Source: a virus. Taken from it: 17,046 nucleotides of DNA. The stretch lies in the IMG/VR virus record IMGVR_UViG_3300045988_086891; one strand, written 5' to 3'. This document shows positions 6,021 through 14,451 of this stretch, in pieces. Each line of letters starts with the position of its first letter. The stretch's first letter is position 1. The position numbers were made by a program, and so were the translations under genes. The notes beneath the pieces were generated by a model that was given only the letters and a program-made list of their open reading frames with translations, was not told where the DNA came from and searched no databases.

Positions 6021-7388
6021 TTACGCAACTGTAATAGTTGCTTCGCCATACTTAGTACTATCAAACGTGCTAGTAGCCTTTACAGTAATAGTTCCTGCTT
6101 CAGCATCACTATTAACTTTAAGCATACCAGTACTTGAAATACTAGCCTTAGCACCCTCTTCTGCAATACTCCAAATAACACTCTGTGGTGCATAGTTATC
6201 AGTATCAACAGTATCATTTAGCTGTAACTGACCACCTGCACTAACTGTAGCTGTACTAGGTGTAACTGTAACTTTCTTGACTGCAGGAACACCTGCAACA
6301 AATAGCGCATTGTTTGAGAACGGAGACACGGAAAATGTTTTCCATACATGATACCAGTAGTTCCAATACAGTCCCTCACCATTGTACTGTTCTGTAAAGT
6401 TCTGATAGTTGTCGAATATCATGAACCAGTCACTATCAACCATTACACAAGGTATAGCGTCAAGTGCTTCAAGTTCTTCCTTGTTTATCTCTGTATAAGT
6501 TGGGTCATCAGCAAAGAGAATATTTAATCTCTCGATATCTAAATCTCCGAAACTATCTACAAGTACATGATGTCCGTCAAACTCTGCTCTATCCATATTA
6601 AAAGCACTAGCAAGTACTTCAACATTCATAGTAGCATCAAACTGTGAATTGACTAACAAATACTGTTCCTGCTTAGGTGTATGGTTCATAACTCCTGCAA
6701 GGTTATTCTTTGAGTTAAGGAAAGTAAACTTGTTTGATACTCCCTTGATAGTACTAACAATGCTATTCATGTTTGCTGTGTTAATAGCAGGAATAGTAAC
6801 TGGGTTCATCAGGCCATTTAAAATATGCTTTGCAAGCATATACTTCATAGTCTGAAACTCGTCATAGTTAGCACCAGTATACATAGCATCTACAATCTTA
6901 GCAATCAAATCTGTAATACCGTCAATAGACAAAAAAGCCTGCCTTAACTGGTCATTCGAGATTGTAGCTTTGTAGAATTTCTGATAGTTCATAACGTGAA
7001 AAGCACTACGTACATCAGGAATTTCACGTTTGAATACATTGGACTCTGCAACCTGTGGGTCAAACTGGAACGGTTTTGCGATATTAACAAATACTTCCTC
7101 GATAGACTCACCAAACTCGAGCATACCTTTTTTAAACATAGCCCATGGATTGTCGTATGATTTGCTTGTTAAAATTACTCTGCCTATTCTGTTTACAAGA
7201 GCAGACAAAAACTCATTCTGTAAAGCAGGGTAGTCCATAATTACTGCACCTATTTCTCTGATTGAGTCAGAGTCTGCTGTAGCCTGTGGTACATAATCTT
7301 TGTAATTTGTGCTTGCGTTATTTCTTATTGCATTTAAGATGTCAACGCTTGAATTAGTAAGTGTTTTAATTTTTGGTTTTGTAGCCAT
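6021..7388 (-). CDS. Major capsid protein with a C-terminal Ig-like (Big_2-type) domain
   Basis: 455 aa, downstream of the scaffold gene. The C-terminal VTVTPSTATVSAGGQLQL...ITVKATS...GEATITVA is a typical Big_2 fold signature, as in the phi29 gp8 architecture. RBS agagagg. Confidence 0.88.
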   Translation of the reverse strand: MATKPKIKTLTNSSVDILNAIRNNASTNYKDYVPQATADSDSIREIGAVIMDYPALQNEFLSALVNRIGRVILTSKSYDNPWAMFKKGMLEFGESIEEVFVNIAKPFQFDPQVAESNVFKREIPDVRSAFHVMNYQKFYKATISNDQLRQAFLSIDGITDLIAKIVDAMYTGANYDEFQTMKYMLAKHILNGLMNPVTIPAINTANMNSIVSTIKGVSNKFTFLNSKNNLAGVMNHTPKQEQYLLVNSQFDATMNVEVLASAFNMDRAEFDGHHVLVDSFGDLDIERLNILFADDPTYTEINKEELEALDAIPCVMVDSDWFMIFDNYQNFTEQYNGEGLYWNYWYHVWKTFSVSPFSNNALFVAGVPAVKKVTVTPSTATVSAGGQLQLNDTVDTDNYAPQSVIWSIAEEGAKASISSTGMLKVNSDAEAGTITVKATSTFDSTKYGEATITVA

Positions 7389-7393
7389 AATTC

Positions 7394-7723
7394 CTAGTCC
7401 TCTCTTTCTTTAAATAAATCATCAAAGGAAATGTCTTTACCATCATCAGTAATATCTTCCTTTTGGTCTTTCATTACTGTTGTAGGGTCTGTACCCTCTT
7501 TGCCCTCAAAAAATCGTGCTTTATATTTCTCTCTCCACTCATTGTCATTCTGTTCATATTTTGCTTTCCAATCAGTAGTATCACTTGCACGTGTTTCAAG
7601 GTCATTAAATGTATCAGTAAAATTCTCAATCATAGTAAGTGTGTTATCATCAGCGTTATCACCTGCTAAACCTTTTACTGCACTCATAAAATCATCATGT
7701 GAAAGTACTGCCATTTTTCTCAC
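7394..7723 (-). CDS. Putative scaffolding protein (phi29 gp7-like position)
   Basis: 109 aa, strongly acidic with predicted helices, immediately upstream of the capsid gene. Confidence 0.65.
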   Translation of the reverse strand: MRKMAVLSHDDFMSAVKGLAGDNADDNTLTMIENFTDTFNDLETRASDTTDWKAKYEQNDNEWREKYKARFFEGKEGTDPTTVMKDQKEDITDDGKDISFDDLFKERED

Positions 7724-7733
7724 CTCTTTTCTT

Positions 7734-8309
7734 TTAAAATAATGGTCTGCACATCATCCAAACTGGCATACGTTTTCGCTTAGTTGGTGTGGGTGGTGTT
7801 GGTGGTGTAACTCCAGTTAGGTATTCATACCAGTTGCTTGCATAAGTTAAACGTTTATCAAGTGCTGCTACTCCTGCACGTTCTCTTTCATATAAATATG
7901 CTTTGCAAGCTTCAGCAACATCTGTTAATTTTGAAAACTCTGCACCAGTATATCCATAGCCGAGTGACGGCTTAGGTATCCATTGTCCACCATATCCGTT
8001 TATTATTTCATCCCACATTAACTGTGTTTGTATTTCACCAGTTGCCCAGTCAGTGCCATGCGCTGTTGCATAATCTGTTAGGTTACTGCTAGGTGTCCAT
8101 TGTATCAAACCCCAACCACTACTTGCACTTGCTGTTTGTTTCATACCCGGATTAATGTTTGACTCCTGTTGAAGATTACCTAGCATACCTGCCACACTTT
8201 CAATGGTAAAACCTTTACTGTTAAAATATCCATAAAACTCTGTAGCGTTGTTTTCCATTTCAGATTGTGTTAAATATGCACTTACTCCAACTTTAACTAT
8301 CCATGCCAT
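7734..8309 (-). CDS. Virion-associated (tail) lysozyme, Phage_lysozyme2-like
   Basis: The GMLGNLQQES...GWGLIQWT motif is characteristic of the phage tail-tip lysozyme family (N-terminal domain of phi29 gp13). Its start ATG overlaps the endolysin stop (TAATG). The C-terminus is a proline-rich then basic tail, TPPTPPTPTKRKR. Confidence 0.8.
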   Translation of the reverse strand: MAWIVKVGVSAYLTQSEMENNATEFYGYFNSKGFTIESVAGMLGNLQQESNINPGMKQTASASSGWGLIQWTPSSNLTDYATAHGTDWATGEIQTQLMWDEIINGYGGQWIPKPSLGYGYTGAEFSKLTDVAEACKAYLYERERAGVAALDKRLTYASNWYEYLTGVTPPTPPTPTKRKRMPVWMMCRPLF

Positions 8310-8971
8310 TATCTTATACCTAAACTAAAAAGTTTATTCCATGTGTTTTTACCACACTCACCGTCAACAGTTAAATCATATTCTGTCTGAAATTTCTCAC
8401 ATGCATTTACACAACCTTTGCCATACTTTGTATCAATGCTACCAGTATAAAATCCTAACTTTGTCATAAGAATTTCAAATACTGTTACGTCATTATTTGA
8501 TGAACCTTTTTTTAATAAATTCATATTATAGCCTACACTTCCTTTGTCTTCGTTATAACGTAAATGATAACTCCAACCATAACTAGGTGTGTAATATTTG
8601 CGTATGCAAATTTCTTTACCTGTTTGGTCTCCTGCTTTACGTCCTTTTGTAGTTCCATTTTCATCAATGCTTGCATGAACTATATGCTCACTATCTGTTG
8701 AAACACAAACATGATGTCCTACAGCTAAGTGAATATCACCTTTTTGAAAAGGTCTGTTGCAAGAAGTAAAGCCACAACGTTTTAACTGTTCGTACAAGTT
8801 TCGTGTTGTACTGTTTACATTTACATTAAAACCTGCTGTAGCAAGTGCGTGTCCAACTAATGAGCTACAATCAAAGTCAGGATTCCCACCTCTGTTAATC
8901 TGTGAGTAGCCGTGTGAATTGTCATTTGCTATTGCAATCATATAATCTGTGTAAGTATCAACTTTACTCAT
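8309..8971 (-). CDS. Endolysin: Amidase_5 / NlpC-P60-like cysteine peptidoglycan hydrolase with a C-terminal PG_binding_1 domain
   Basis: GYSQINRGGNPDFDCSSLVGHAL resembles the catalytic region of Dp-1 Pal-type Amidase_5 (..SYDCSSS..). The C-terminal DVTVFEILMTKLGFYTGSIDTKYGKGCVNACEKFQ...VDGECGKNTW is a PG_binding_1 repeat. The track starts at GTG 8980. I prefer ATG 8971, which is better spaced from agaaagaag. Confidence 0.88.
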   Translation of the reverse strand: MSKVDTYTDYMIAIANDNSHGYSQINRGGNPDFDCSSLVGHALATAGFNVNVNSTTRNLYEQLKRCGFTSCNRPFQKGDIHLAVGHHVCVSTDSEHIVHASIDENGTTKGRKAGDQTGKEICIRKYYTPSYGWSYHLRYNEDKGSVGYNMNLLKKGSSNNDVTVFEILMTKLGFYTGSIDTKYGKGCVNACEKFQTEYDLTVDGECGKNTWNKLFSLGIR

Positions 8972-9170
8972 TATTGTCACTTCTTTCTACAGTTAGAATG
9001 TCGCATAATTTCTGCAATATTAATGTGTTATCATTTAATGCAGTTGTAAACTTGTCTGTTTCTGCCTTGTGACTATCATTAAGTTTCATACAATACCATG
9101 CTAAACATAAGCACATTACTATAGGAAATCCTACTGCTGTGATAGCCTGCATAATAACGTTTATATCCAT
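8964..9170 (-). CDS. Holin, BhlA/UviB-like (single N-terminal TM helix plus coiled coil)
   Basis: 68 aa. TM segment AITAVGFPIVMCLCLAWYCM is followed by a charged helical tail. Strong RBS aaaggaga. Directly upstream of the endolysin and overlapping it. Confidence 0.78.
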   Translation of the reverse strand: MDINVIMQAITAVGFPIVMCLCLAWYCMKLNDSHKAETDKFTTALNDNTLILQKLCDILTVERSDNNE

Positions 9171-9201
9171 GCTTTTATCTCCTTTCTTTTAATCTATTTT
9201 A

Positions 9202-9229
9202 ATTATATCATATTACTTGATATTTGCAA
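9202..9229 (-). promoter_or_regulatory. Late operon promoter (TTGCAA -16 nt- TGaTATAAT on the - strand)
   Basis: -35 at 9224-9229, -10 at 9202-9207 (plus-strand attata) with an extended TG. About 30 nt upstream of the holin RBS. Confidence 0.6.
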
Positions 9230-9244
9230 TATATATGTTATAAT
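9217..9244 (+). promoter_or_regulatory. Packaging ATPase promoter (TTGATA -16 nt- TGtTATAAT)
   Basis: -35 at 9217-9222, extended -10 at 9236-9244. Back-to-back with the late promoter: the two -35 boxes are 1 nt apart. Confidence 0.6.
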
Positions 9245-9289
9245 AAATTTAGATAATTATATGCAAATTTAAGAAAAGAGTACAACAAT

Positions 9290-10330
9290 ATGAGTGAAAA
9301 TAAATACTATGACGGCACTAAATTACTTTCAATGAAAGACATAAATGGGTTAAAGCCTGAGTTATTTATGTGTACTACTAATAGAAGCGGTGGCAAGACA
9401 ACATACTTTGGCAGATTATTAATAAATAGATTTTTGAAATATGGTAAAAAATTCTGTTTAATCTATAGGTATAATTACGAACTGGATGACGTAGCTAATA
9501 AATTCTTCAAGGATTTACAGATATTGTTCTTTAGAAATTATACTATGGAAAGTGAAAGATGCGCGAGTGGTATCTATCATAGTTTGTTTTTAAATGAACA
9601 ACATTGTGGTTATGCTATTAGTTTAAATAGTGCAGACCAGTTGAAAAAATATAGTCACCTGCTTAGTGATACTGATAGTATGTTATTTGATGAATTTCAG
9701 AGCGAAACTAATCACTACTGTAGTGATGAAATAAGAAAATTTATTAGCGTACATACCAGTATAGCAAGAGGCCATGGAGAGCAAGCGAGGTATCTTCCGG
9801 TATATATGTTAAGTAATGCGGTTAGTATTATTAACCCTTATTATACAGAGCTGGGAATATCTGAAAGATTAAACAGTGAAACTAATTTCTTAAAGGGTGA
9901 CGGGTTCGTACTGGAAAGTGGCTTCATAGAAACTGCAAGCAAAGCGCAAAAAGAAAGTGGTTTTAATAGAGCATTTAAGAATAATCAGTATGTTGCATAT
10001 TCAAGTGAGAATGTGTACTTAAATGATAACACTGCTTTCATTGATACACCAGTAGGAAAAGGAAAATATGTTGCAACACTAAGATATATGGGTCATGATT
10101 ATGCAGTGAAACAATACAGTGAGCAGGGTTTCTTATATATTGATGATAAAGCAGATAGTACTTTTAGAAGTAAAATAAGTGTTACTGTTAATGACCATGA
10201 TATTAATTATGTTATGCTAAAACAGAATGATTTGTTTATTAGTCAGTTGAGATACTATTTTGAAAAAGGTTGTTTTAGATTTAAGAACCTTAAATGTAAA
10301 GAAGTCTTATTTAAGACTATTAGTTATTAG
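9290..10330 (+). CDS. DNA encapsidation (packaging) ATPase, phi29 gp16-like
   Basis: Walker A TNRSGGKTT, Walker B MLFDEF, and YMLSNAVSIINPYY parallel to phi29 gp16 CLSNAVSVVNPYF. The INRFLKYGKKFCLIYRY..EL segment parallels INRFIKYGEQFIYVRRYKPEL. Confidence 0.95.
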   Translation: MSENKYYDGTKLLSMKDINGLKPELFMCTTNRSGGKTTYFGRLLINRFLKYGKKFCLIYRYNYELDDVANKFFKDLQILFFRNYTMESERCASGIYHSLFLNEQHCGYAISLNSADQLKKYSHLLSDTDSMLFDEFQSETNHYCSDEIRKFISVHTSIARGHGEQARYLPVYMLSNAVSIINPYYTELGISERLNSETNFLKGDGFVLESGFIETASKAQKESGFNRAFKNNQYVAYSSENVYLNDNTAFIDTPVGKGKYVATLRYMGHDYAVKQYSEQGFLYIDDKADSTFRSKISVTVNDHDINYVMLKQNDLFISQLRYYFEKGCFRFKNLKCKEVLFKTISY

Positions 10331-10448
10331 GTATCTGCTATTGTATGTTCACTTGATACTGCTAGGTAGCACGTTTGGAAGATAACGCTAGTATGTATTG
10401 TCGTAAATGCTGTGCGCTTGTGTTCTGCAATAGTTATAGATATAGAAA

Positions 10449-10486
10449 AGGCAAGAGTTTTTACTCCTGCCTTTTTGTTTTTTATT
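10449..10486. terminator. Bidirectional rho-independent terminator between the convergent ATPase and early transcripts
   Basis: Stem aggcaagag/ctcctgcct (one mismatch), loop ttttta, then TTTTGTTTTTTATTT on the + strand. On the - strand the same hairpin is followed by TTTCT. Confidence 0.8.
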
Positions 10487-10522
10487 TATAACAATTTAAT
10501 ATTTCTCCATAATATAATCTCC

Positions 10523-10756
10523 TTATTTGTAAAAATGATTGTGTATATCTGTTGCAATTAATATGTTTAATGATAGTACAATTTCTCTTGTATCTTTTTT
10601 CTTTATAAAATCGTATGATAGTAACTTTGAAATGTATAATCCATTTAAACAATATTCTATTTTATACTGCTCTGTATATGATACATCATAAAACTCGATT
10701 GAACCTCTAAATCTTTTGCGTAGTTCTTGTACTACTTTTTCCATTTTATCATTCAT
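10523..10756 (-). CDS. Hypothetical protein (77 aa from MNDKMEKVV...), last gene of the early operon
   Basis: ORF 10523..10870 in the track. The ATG at 10756 has a strong RBS (gggagag, 8-nt spacer). An ATG at 10837 would add a hydrophobic MKKLVIIFAVFAS leader but has no clear RBS. Confidence 0.55.
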   Translation of the reverse strand: MNDKMEKVVQELRKRFRGSIEFYDVSYTEQYKIEYCLNGLYISKLLSYDFIKKKDTREIVLSLNILIATDIHNHFYK

Positions 10757-10892
10757 AATTTTATCTCTCCCTTGTAAAATAATCACAATCATATCTGTAC
10801 TTGCAAAAACAGCAAATATGATTACAAGTTTTTTCATGTTTCTTTGCTTTGTGCCTGTAATATAAATCAACTAACCATGTTATCATATTGTT

Positions 10893-12836
10893 TCACCTCA
10901 TTTCATATGTCGTGTCCACCAATAATACACCACCTTTTATTCTTTTTGGTAGTAATTTTCCAGGGACACATAATCCAGCTTTAAAATCACTATAGTCTCT
11001 TTTTGTTTCTAAAAATTTTAATTCACTTTGCGTATAATTATCACTCTCCTTTGCTTCATAACCCTGCATTGATTTGTCAAATAAATCTTTGCATTTCTGT
11101 GGCATTCCTGCGCATTTAATATCGTTGTATGGTTCATCAATAGGAACTAAATCATTGTGAGTTATGTGTTCTATGTATGTTTTCTGTCTTGTAAAAATAG
11201 CTGTGTCCCAACTGCTTTCAAATTTCCAACAGCAAAATTTCACAGGGTCTACTGTTATACCTTTTATTTTATCAGCAGGCAAGTCACAATGTATACTGTC
11301 AGTGTCAGCGTAAATAAATCCTGCTTTATCTACACCATAGTAATTTTTTTGAGCGGCTGTTATCGTAAAGTTTCGTGCATAGGATGTTATTGCACTACCT
11401 GTTGCTATATGCCCCACCTTTTTATTATTAGCAGGGACTATATAGAAACCAATACTTTCATCCTCTTTTACATATGCAACCTTAAAACTACTGTTGGAAC
11501 TGCTAGCAAGTTTACCATAAAGATTATTGAGAAACAGTTTTGCTTCTGTACGCTTTGCACCTTTGCTATTCATTTTAATTTCTGCATAATGATTGATATA
11601 TTTATCAAATATACCTATAGCAGAATAAAACCAACAACCGTCTAAGATTTCAAAGTCAACTAGTTCATAGTGCTTTAACATTAGTTTATAATCTGTCATT
11701 GTTACTGTCATTATTTGTGTAGTATCTTTTATGTTACCATTAATATCTTTATAGTATCTATTGTAGTTTCCATTTTTATCTAATACATCACTAGTTGTTA
11801 ATGACTCTGTACCTTTATATAAATGATTACCTTTTATTTGAATAAATGGCAACATATTTTCTTTAATATAAAAGCGTGTTTTTATTCTTAAAAAATAATA
11901 TTTATTTTCACCTATTGCTTCGTTAGGTATTATATTACCAGTCCAAAAATATGGTTTACCTATTGGAAAATAATTACCACTTTGCGAGTGCATCATACTA
12001 GGATATAAAGAGTTTACATCAGCTGTCGCTCCGTTATGTCTAACAATATTTTCTTTTCCTTTTACTAAATAGCACCAACCCCCTCTATAGCTGTGCCGTA
12101 TATATTCGTCTGCATTTGATGAACCATAAATATTTTTATCAAGTGTAAATTCATCAAGGGCAGGGAATAAATCATTATAATCATAAGCGCCTAAAGAATT
12201 TTTATATTCTGCTACACAACACGAACCTATTGTTAATTTATCGTGTCCATCATTAAATAACTGTTCAAGTGCTTCTTTAACTACTAATACGTCATTTGCT
12301 ATATATTTCTTTTCTTTATCAGTTATATTGCAACCTGCATATCTGTAGCCAACATATTCCATATCTAATTTTTGGTGCTTTGTTTTAAAAGATTTTCCTA
12401 TTTGCTTTACTGAAAATGGTAATAACTTTAAGCTATCTCTTAATTCGATAAAATGATTATTAACTTTAATAGTAACCATATACCATTGACCCATTGAAGA
12501 TATAGTATATCTAAATGTATTATTTTTCATGTATCTTTCTTTTATAAACTCGCCTTGTGTTCCATCTTCATTAAATGACTCATACGCTTGTTCATATTTT
12601 AAATTCGTTAATAAATATGACAGCCAAAAATTGCCGTCAAATTTAAGATTGTGATAGTATGCTATTATGTCACAATCTAATGACTTAAAATAATTAAACT
12701 GTTCATTTATAGAATGAAAAATCTGAACGTTTTCGGTGTATAATTCTACGCTTGCACTAGCCCACACTTCAGTAGATTTCTGACCCTCATATACTGTAGT
12801 CTCAAAATCACACATAAATTTTCTATAGTTTCTCAT
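10893..12836 (-). CDS. Protein-primed family-B DNA polymerase (phi29 gp2-like)
   Basis: ExoI DFETT, ExoII HNLKFDGNF, ExoIII YIANDV, motif A DVNSLYPS, motif B KLFLNNLYGK, motif C YADTDS. The C-terminal KCAGMP...GGVLLVDTTYEM parallels phi29 KCAGMT...GGVVLVDDTFTI. Confidence 0.97.
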   Translation of the reverse strand: MRNYRKFMCDFETTVYEGQKSTEVWASASVELYTENVQIFHSINEQFNYFKSLDCDIIAYYHNLKFDGNFWLSYLLTNLKYEQAYESFNEDGTQGEFIKERYMKNNTFRYTISSMGQWYMVTIKVNNHFIELRDSLKLLPFSVKQIGKSFKTKHQKLDMEYVGYRYAGCNITDKEKKYIANDVLVVKEALEQLFNDGHDKLTIGSCCVAEYKNSLGAYDYNDLFPALDEFTLDKNIYGSSNADEYIRHSYRGGWCYLVKGKENIVRHNGATADVNSLYPSMMHSQSGNYFPIGKPYFWTGNIIPNEAIGENKYYFLRIKTRFYIKENMLPFIQIKGNHLYKGTESLTTSDVLDKNGNYNRYYKDINGNIKDTTQIMTVTMTDYKLMLKHYELVDFEILDGCWFYSAIGIFDKYINHYAEIKMNSKGAKRTEAKLFLNNLYGKLASSSNSSFKVAYVKEDESIGFYIVPANNKKVGHIATGSAITSYARNFTITAAQKNYYGVDKAGFIYADTDSIHCDLPADKIKGITVDPVKFCCWKFESSWDTAIFTRQKTYIEHITHNDLVPIDEPYNDIKCAGMPQKCKDLFDKSMQGYEAKESDNYTQSELKFLETKRDYSDFKAGLCVPGKLLPKRIKGGVLLVDTTYEMR

Positions 12837-13375
12837 ATATTATCTAAATCAGTAAAACCAAAATATTCGTTAATATCATTAGATTGTATTGCTGATATTC
12901 GTGACATATCGTGATTTGATAATAAAGGTATTAAATCTTCTGTTTTTGCCTGCACTACTTCTGAATATACACTCTCATTTATACTATCTATGGCAGATAT
13001 AATTTCTTCTTCATTTTGTTGTAAATAATACTCGTACTGTTCACTTCCAAAATCTTCTTGCATTTGTTTTATAATTCCTAAAACAGTATAGTAAAAATTT
13101 TCGAGATTATAGTCTATAGCTTCACCGCCATGTGTGTATGCTTGTTTTTTACTAGGTAAAGCCTGCAATCTTGAAATAATACTATCTGTCACTGTATAAG
13201 TTTCTGCGCTTTGTCTTTGTGCTATTTCTGATTGTAAATCTTGCAAAGTATCTTGTGATATTCTTTTTGGAAAAGCTTTTAACCCTTGTGTATTAATACC
13301 TTGTTGCTCTGCTTTGTCTAATATAGCTTGATATGCTTTTTGATTTTTTGATAGTCGTTTCTTTGCCATACTCAT
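12833..13375 (-). CDS. Putative terminal protein (replication primer)
   Basis: The call rests on position only. It lies immediately upstream of the polymerase with an ATGA stop/start overlap, as phi29 gene 3 does. 180 aa with a basic N-terminus and acidic C-terminus, and a strong RBS (agaggag). I recognise no sequence motif. Confidence 0.5.
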   Translation of the reverse strand: MSMAKKRLSKNQKAYQAILDKAEQQGINTQGLKAFPKRISQDTLQDLQSEIAQRQSAETYTVTDSIISRLQALPSKKQAYTHGGEAIDYNLENFYYTVLGIIKQMQEDFGSEQYEYYLQQNEEEIISAIDSINESVYSEVVQAKTEDLIPLLSNHDMSRISAIQSNDINEYFGFTDLDNI

Positions 13376-13400
13376 TTTTCTCCTCTCTGAATTAATAAGA

Positions 13401-13424
13401 CCCCTGCTAACTTAATAGCAAGGG
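13401..13424 (-). terminator. Stem-loop between the SSB-like and terminal-protein genes (weak terminator/attenuator or processing site)
   Basis: On the - strand, cccttgct-attaagtt-agcagggg forms 8 bp including one G.U (a C.A mismatch on the + strand, so the fold favours the - strand RNA). It is followed by tcttatt. Confidence 0.35.
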
Positions 13425-13443
13425 CCAACAGAAAAAATAAAAT

Positions 13444-13800
13444 TTATTTTACTGATTTTACATCAAGAGCACAGTCGATATAAGGCCTGCCTGCCTTCGT
13501 TGTACCGCTAACTTTAATAACACTGAATGATTTGCCATGCATAATGTTAGTAATATTATCAAAACTACGCTTGAAAGTAGCTGACTGACAAGAGAATACC
13601 TCATTGTCTGGTGTAATGATTGATAATATATCAACGCTATCTCCGTTTTCTTTTTCGTCTGTAAATGTAAGATATCCTGCTACTGAAATACTTGTGTTGT
13701 CCGTTACATCCTTTAATGACTGAATACCTCTATCTAATGTCATTAAATACTGCTCTACCTCTGTAAAATCCTTTGACTGTGAATTAATTGTAATTGCCAT
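13444..13800 (-). CDS. Hypothetical protein, possible single-stranded DNA-binding protein (phi29 gp5 position)
   Basis: 118 aa, lying between the p6-like gene and the putative terminal protein gene, which is the slot and size of phi29 gene 5. No motif recognised. Confidence 0.5.
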   Translation of the reverse strand: MAITINSQSKDFTEVEQYLMTLDRGIQSLKDVTDNTSISVAGYLTFTDEKENGDSVDILSIITPDNEVFSCQSATFKRSFDNITNIMHGKSFSVIKVSGTTKAGRPYIDCALDVKSVK

Positions 13801-13823
13801 GTTTGTTTATCTCCTTTTCTTTT

Positions 13824-14132
13824 TTATTCTGCGTCTGACTGCTCTGTCTCAATCGCTTTACGTGTAGCAGGGTCAAGTATCTTTGCGCCCTTGATGAAGT
13901 CTGCTTCATCCATGCCATAAAGTTCATTAACTTCCTTGAGTGAACGAATTGCAACAAGTGTGCAAGCATCTGTGTTGTAAAGTTTTGATGATATTTTTAA
14001 TGCTTTGTCCTTGTCAGCAATCTTGCCAGTAAGTGTAAACTCCTGCTCGAATGTCTCAGCAGTCTGTGGATTTACGCATAAAGCTGTGACTGTTGTTGAA
14101 ATAATTGTACGTGTAACCATTGGTTTTCTCAT
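13824..14132 (-). CDS. Putative phi29 p6-like histone-like dsDNA-binding protein (internal copy)
   Basis: 102 aa with an acidic C-terminal tail, the first gene of the replication module. Paralogue of the ITR gene. Motifs MRKPMVTRTIISTT and ELYGMDEADFIKGA. RBS aaaggag. Confidence 0.7.
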   Translation of the reverse strand: MRKPMVTRTIISTTVTALCVNPQTAETFEQEFTLTGKIADKDKALKISSKLYNTDACTLVAIRSLKEVNELYGMDEADFIKGAKILDPATRKAIETEQSDAE

Positions 14133-14186
14133 AGTCTTTTTTCTCCTTTTCTTTGTGCTATGATTTGTAAAATTAAATGTAATAAA

Positions 14187-14215
14187 GTTATAACACCATA
14201 AGGTGTAGTAGTCAA
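14187..14215 (-). promoter_or_regulatory. Promoter of the replication module (TTGACT -17 nt- TGtTATAAC on the - strand)
   Basis: -35 at 14210-14215 (plus-strand agtcaa), -10 at 14187-14192 (plus-strand gttata) with an extended TG. About 45 nt upstream of the p6-like start codon. Confidence 0.65.
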
Positions 14216-14250
14216 GTTGATTTTTTGCAATCTATTTGATGATAGCTTTA

Positions 14251-14421
14251 CTATCTCTTGACTATTATGCAGGAAAGAAAATCATCTGCTATATGATGAA
14301 TTACAATTTTACAATCCTCGCGATATATAGTTTCTATAGTAGCGCCTAGTTTATCAGTTTCAACCTCAATCTTTTGTGTATTGGGGTCTGTAATAAGCTG
14401 TGCATATAATGTTTCTATCAA
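14251..14421 (-). CDS. Candidate small ORF (56 aa, TTG start), hypothetical
   Basis: Not in the ORF track. (L/M)IETLYAQLITDPNTQKIEVETDKLGATIETIYREDCKIVIHHIADDFLSCIIVKR, with aaaggaagtga ending about 7-9 nt upstream of the TTG. Composition is protein-like. It fills part of an otherwise gene-free 587 bp. Confidence 0.3.
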   Translation of the reverse strand: MIETLYAQLITDPNTQKIEVETDKLGATIETIYREDCKIVIHHIADDFLSCIIVKR

Positions 14422-14451
14422 TGTTAATCACTTCCTTTTTCTTTGAGGAGT

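Noticed and set aside
4724-6195. + strand ORFs 4724..4927, 5416..5934 and 5953..6195
   Set aside because: All are antisense to the tail knob or capsid genes, which have clear phi29 homology. They have no RBS and odd composition (C/I/F/N-rich).
6649-7742. + strand ORFs 6649..6855, 7030..7233, 7431..7742 and 7463..7669
   Set aside because: They are antisense to the capsid and scaffold genes. They are hydrophobic or low-complexity, have no translation signals, and run against the operon direction.
10757-10870. Longer start (10870 or 10837) for the last early ORF, which would add a signal-peptide-like MKKLVIIFAVFAS
   Set aside because: Only the ATG at 10756 has a convincing Shine-Dalgarno (gggagag). 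This is kept as an alternative in the feature note and is not fully excluded.
11157-11645. 162-aa + strand ORF inside the polymerase gene
   Set aside because: It is antisense to the motif-rich polymerase CDS, and its Cys/Phe-rich product is typical of a reverse-frame artefact.
13784-13969. 61-aa same-strand alternative-frame ORF overlapping the end of the internal p6-like gene and the start of the SSB-like gene
   Set aside because: It has no RBS, lies wholly in overlap with two better-supported genes, and gives a basic low-complexity product. An overprinted gene cannot be excluded, but nothing supports one.
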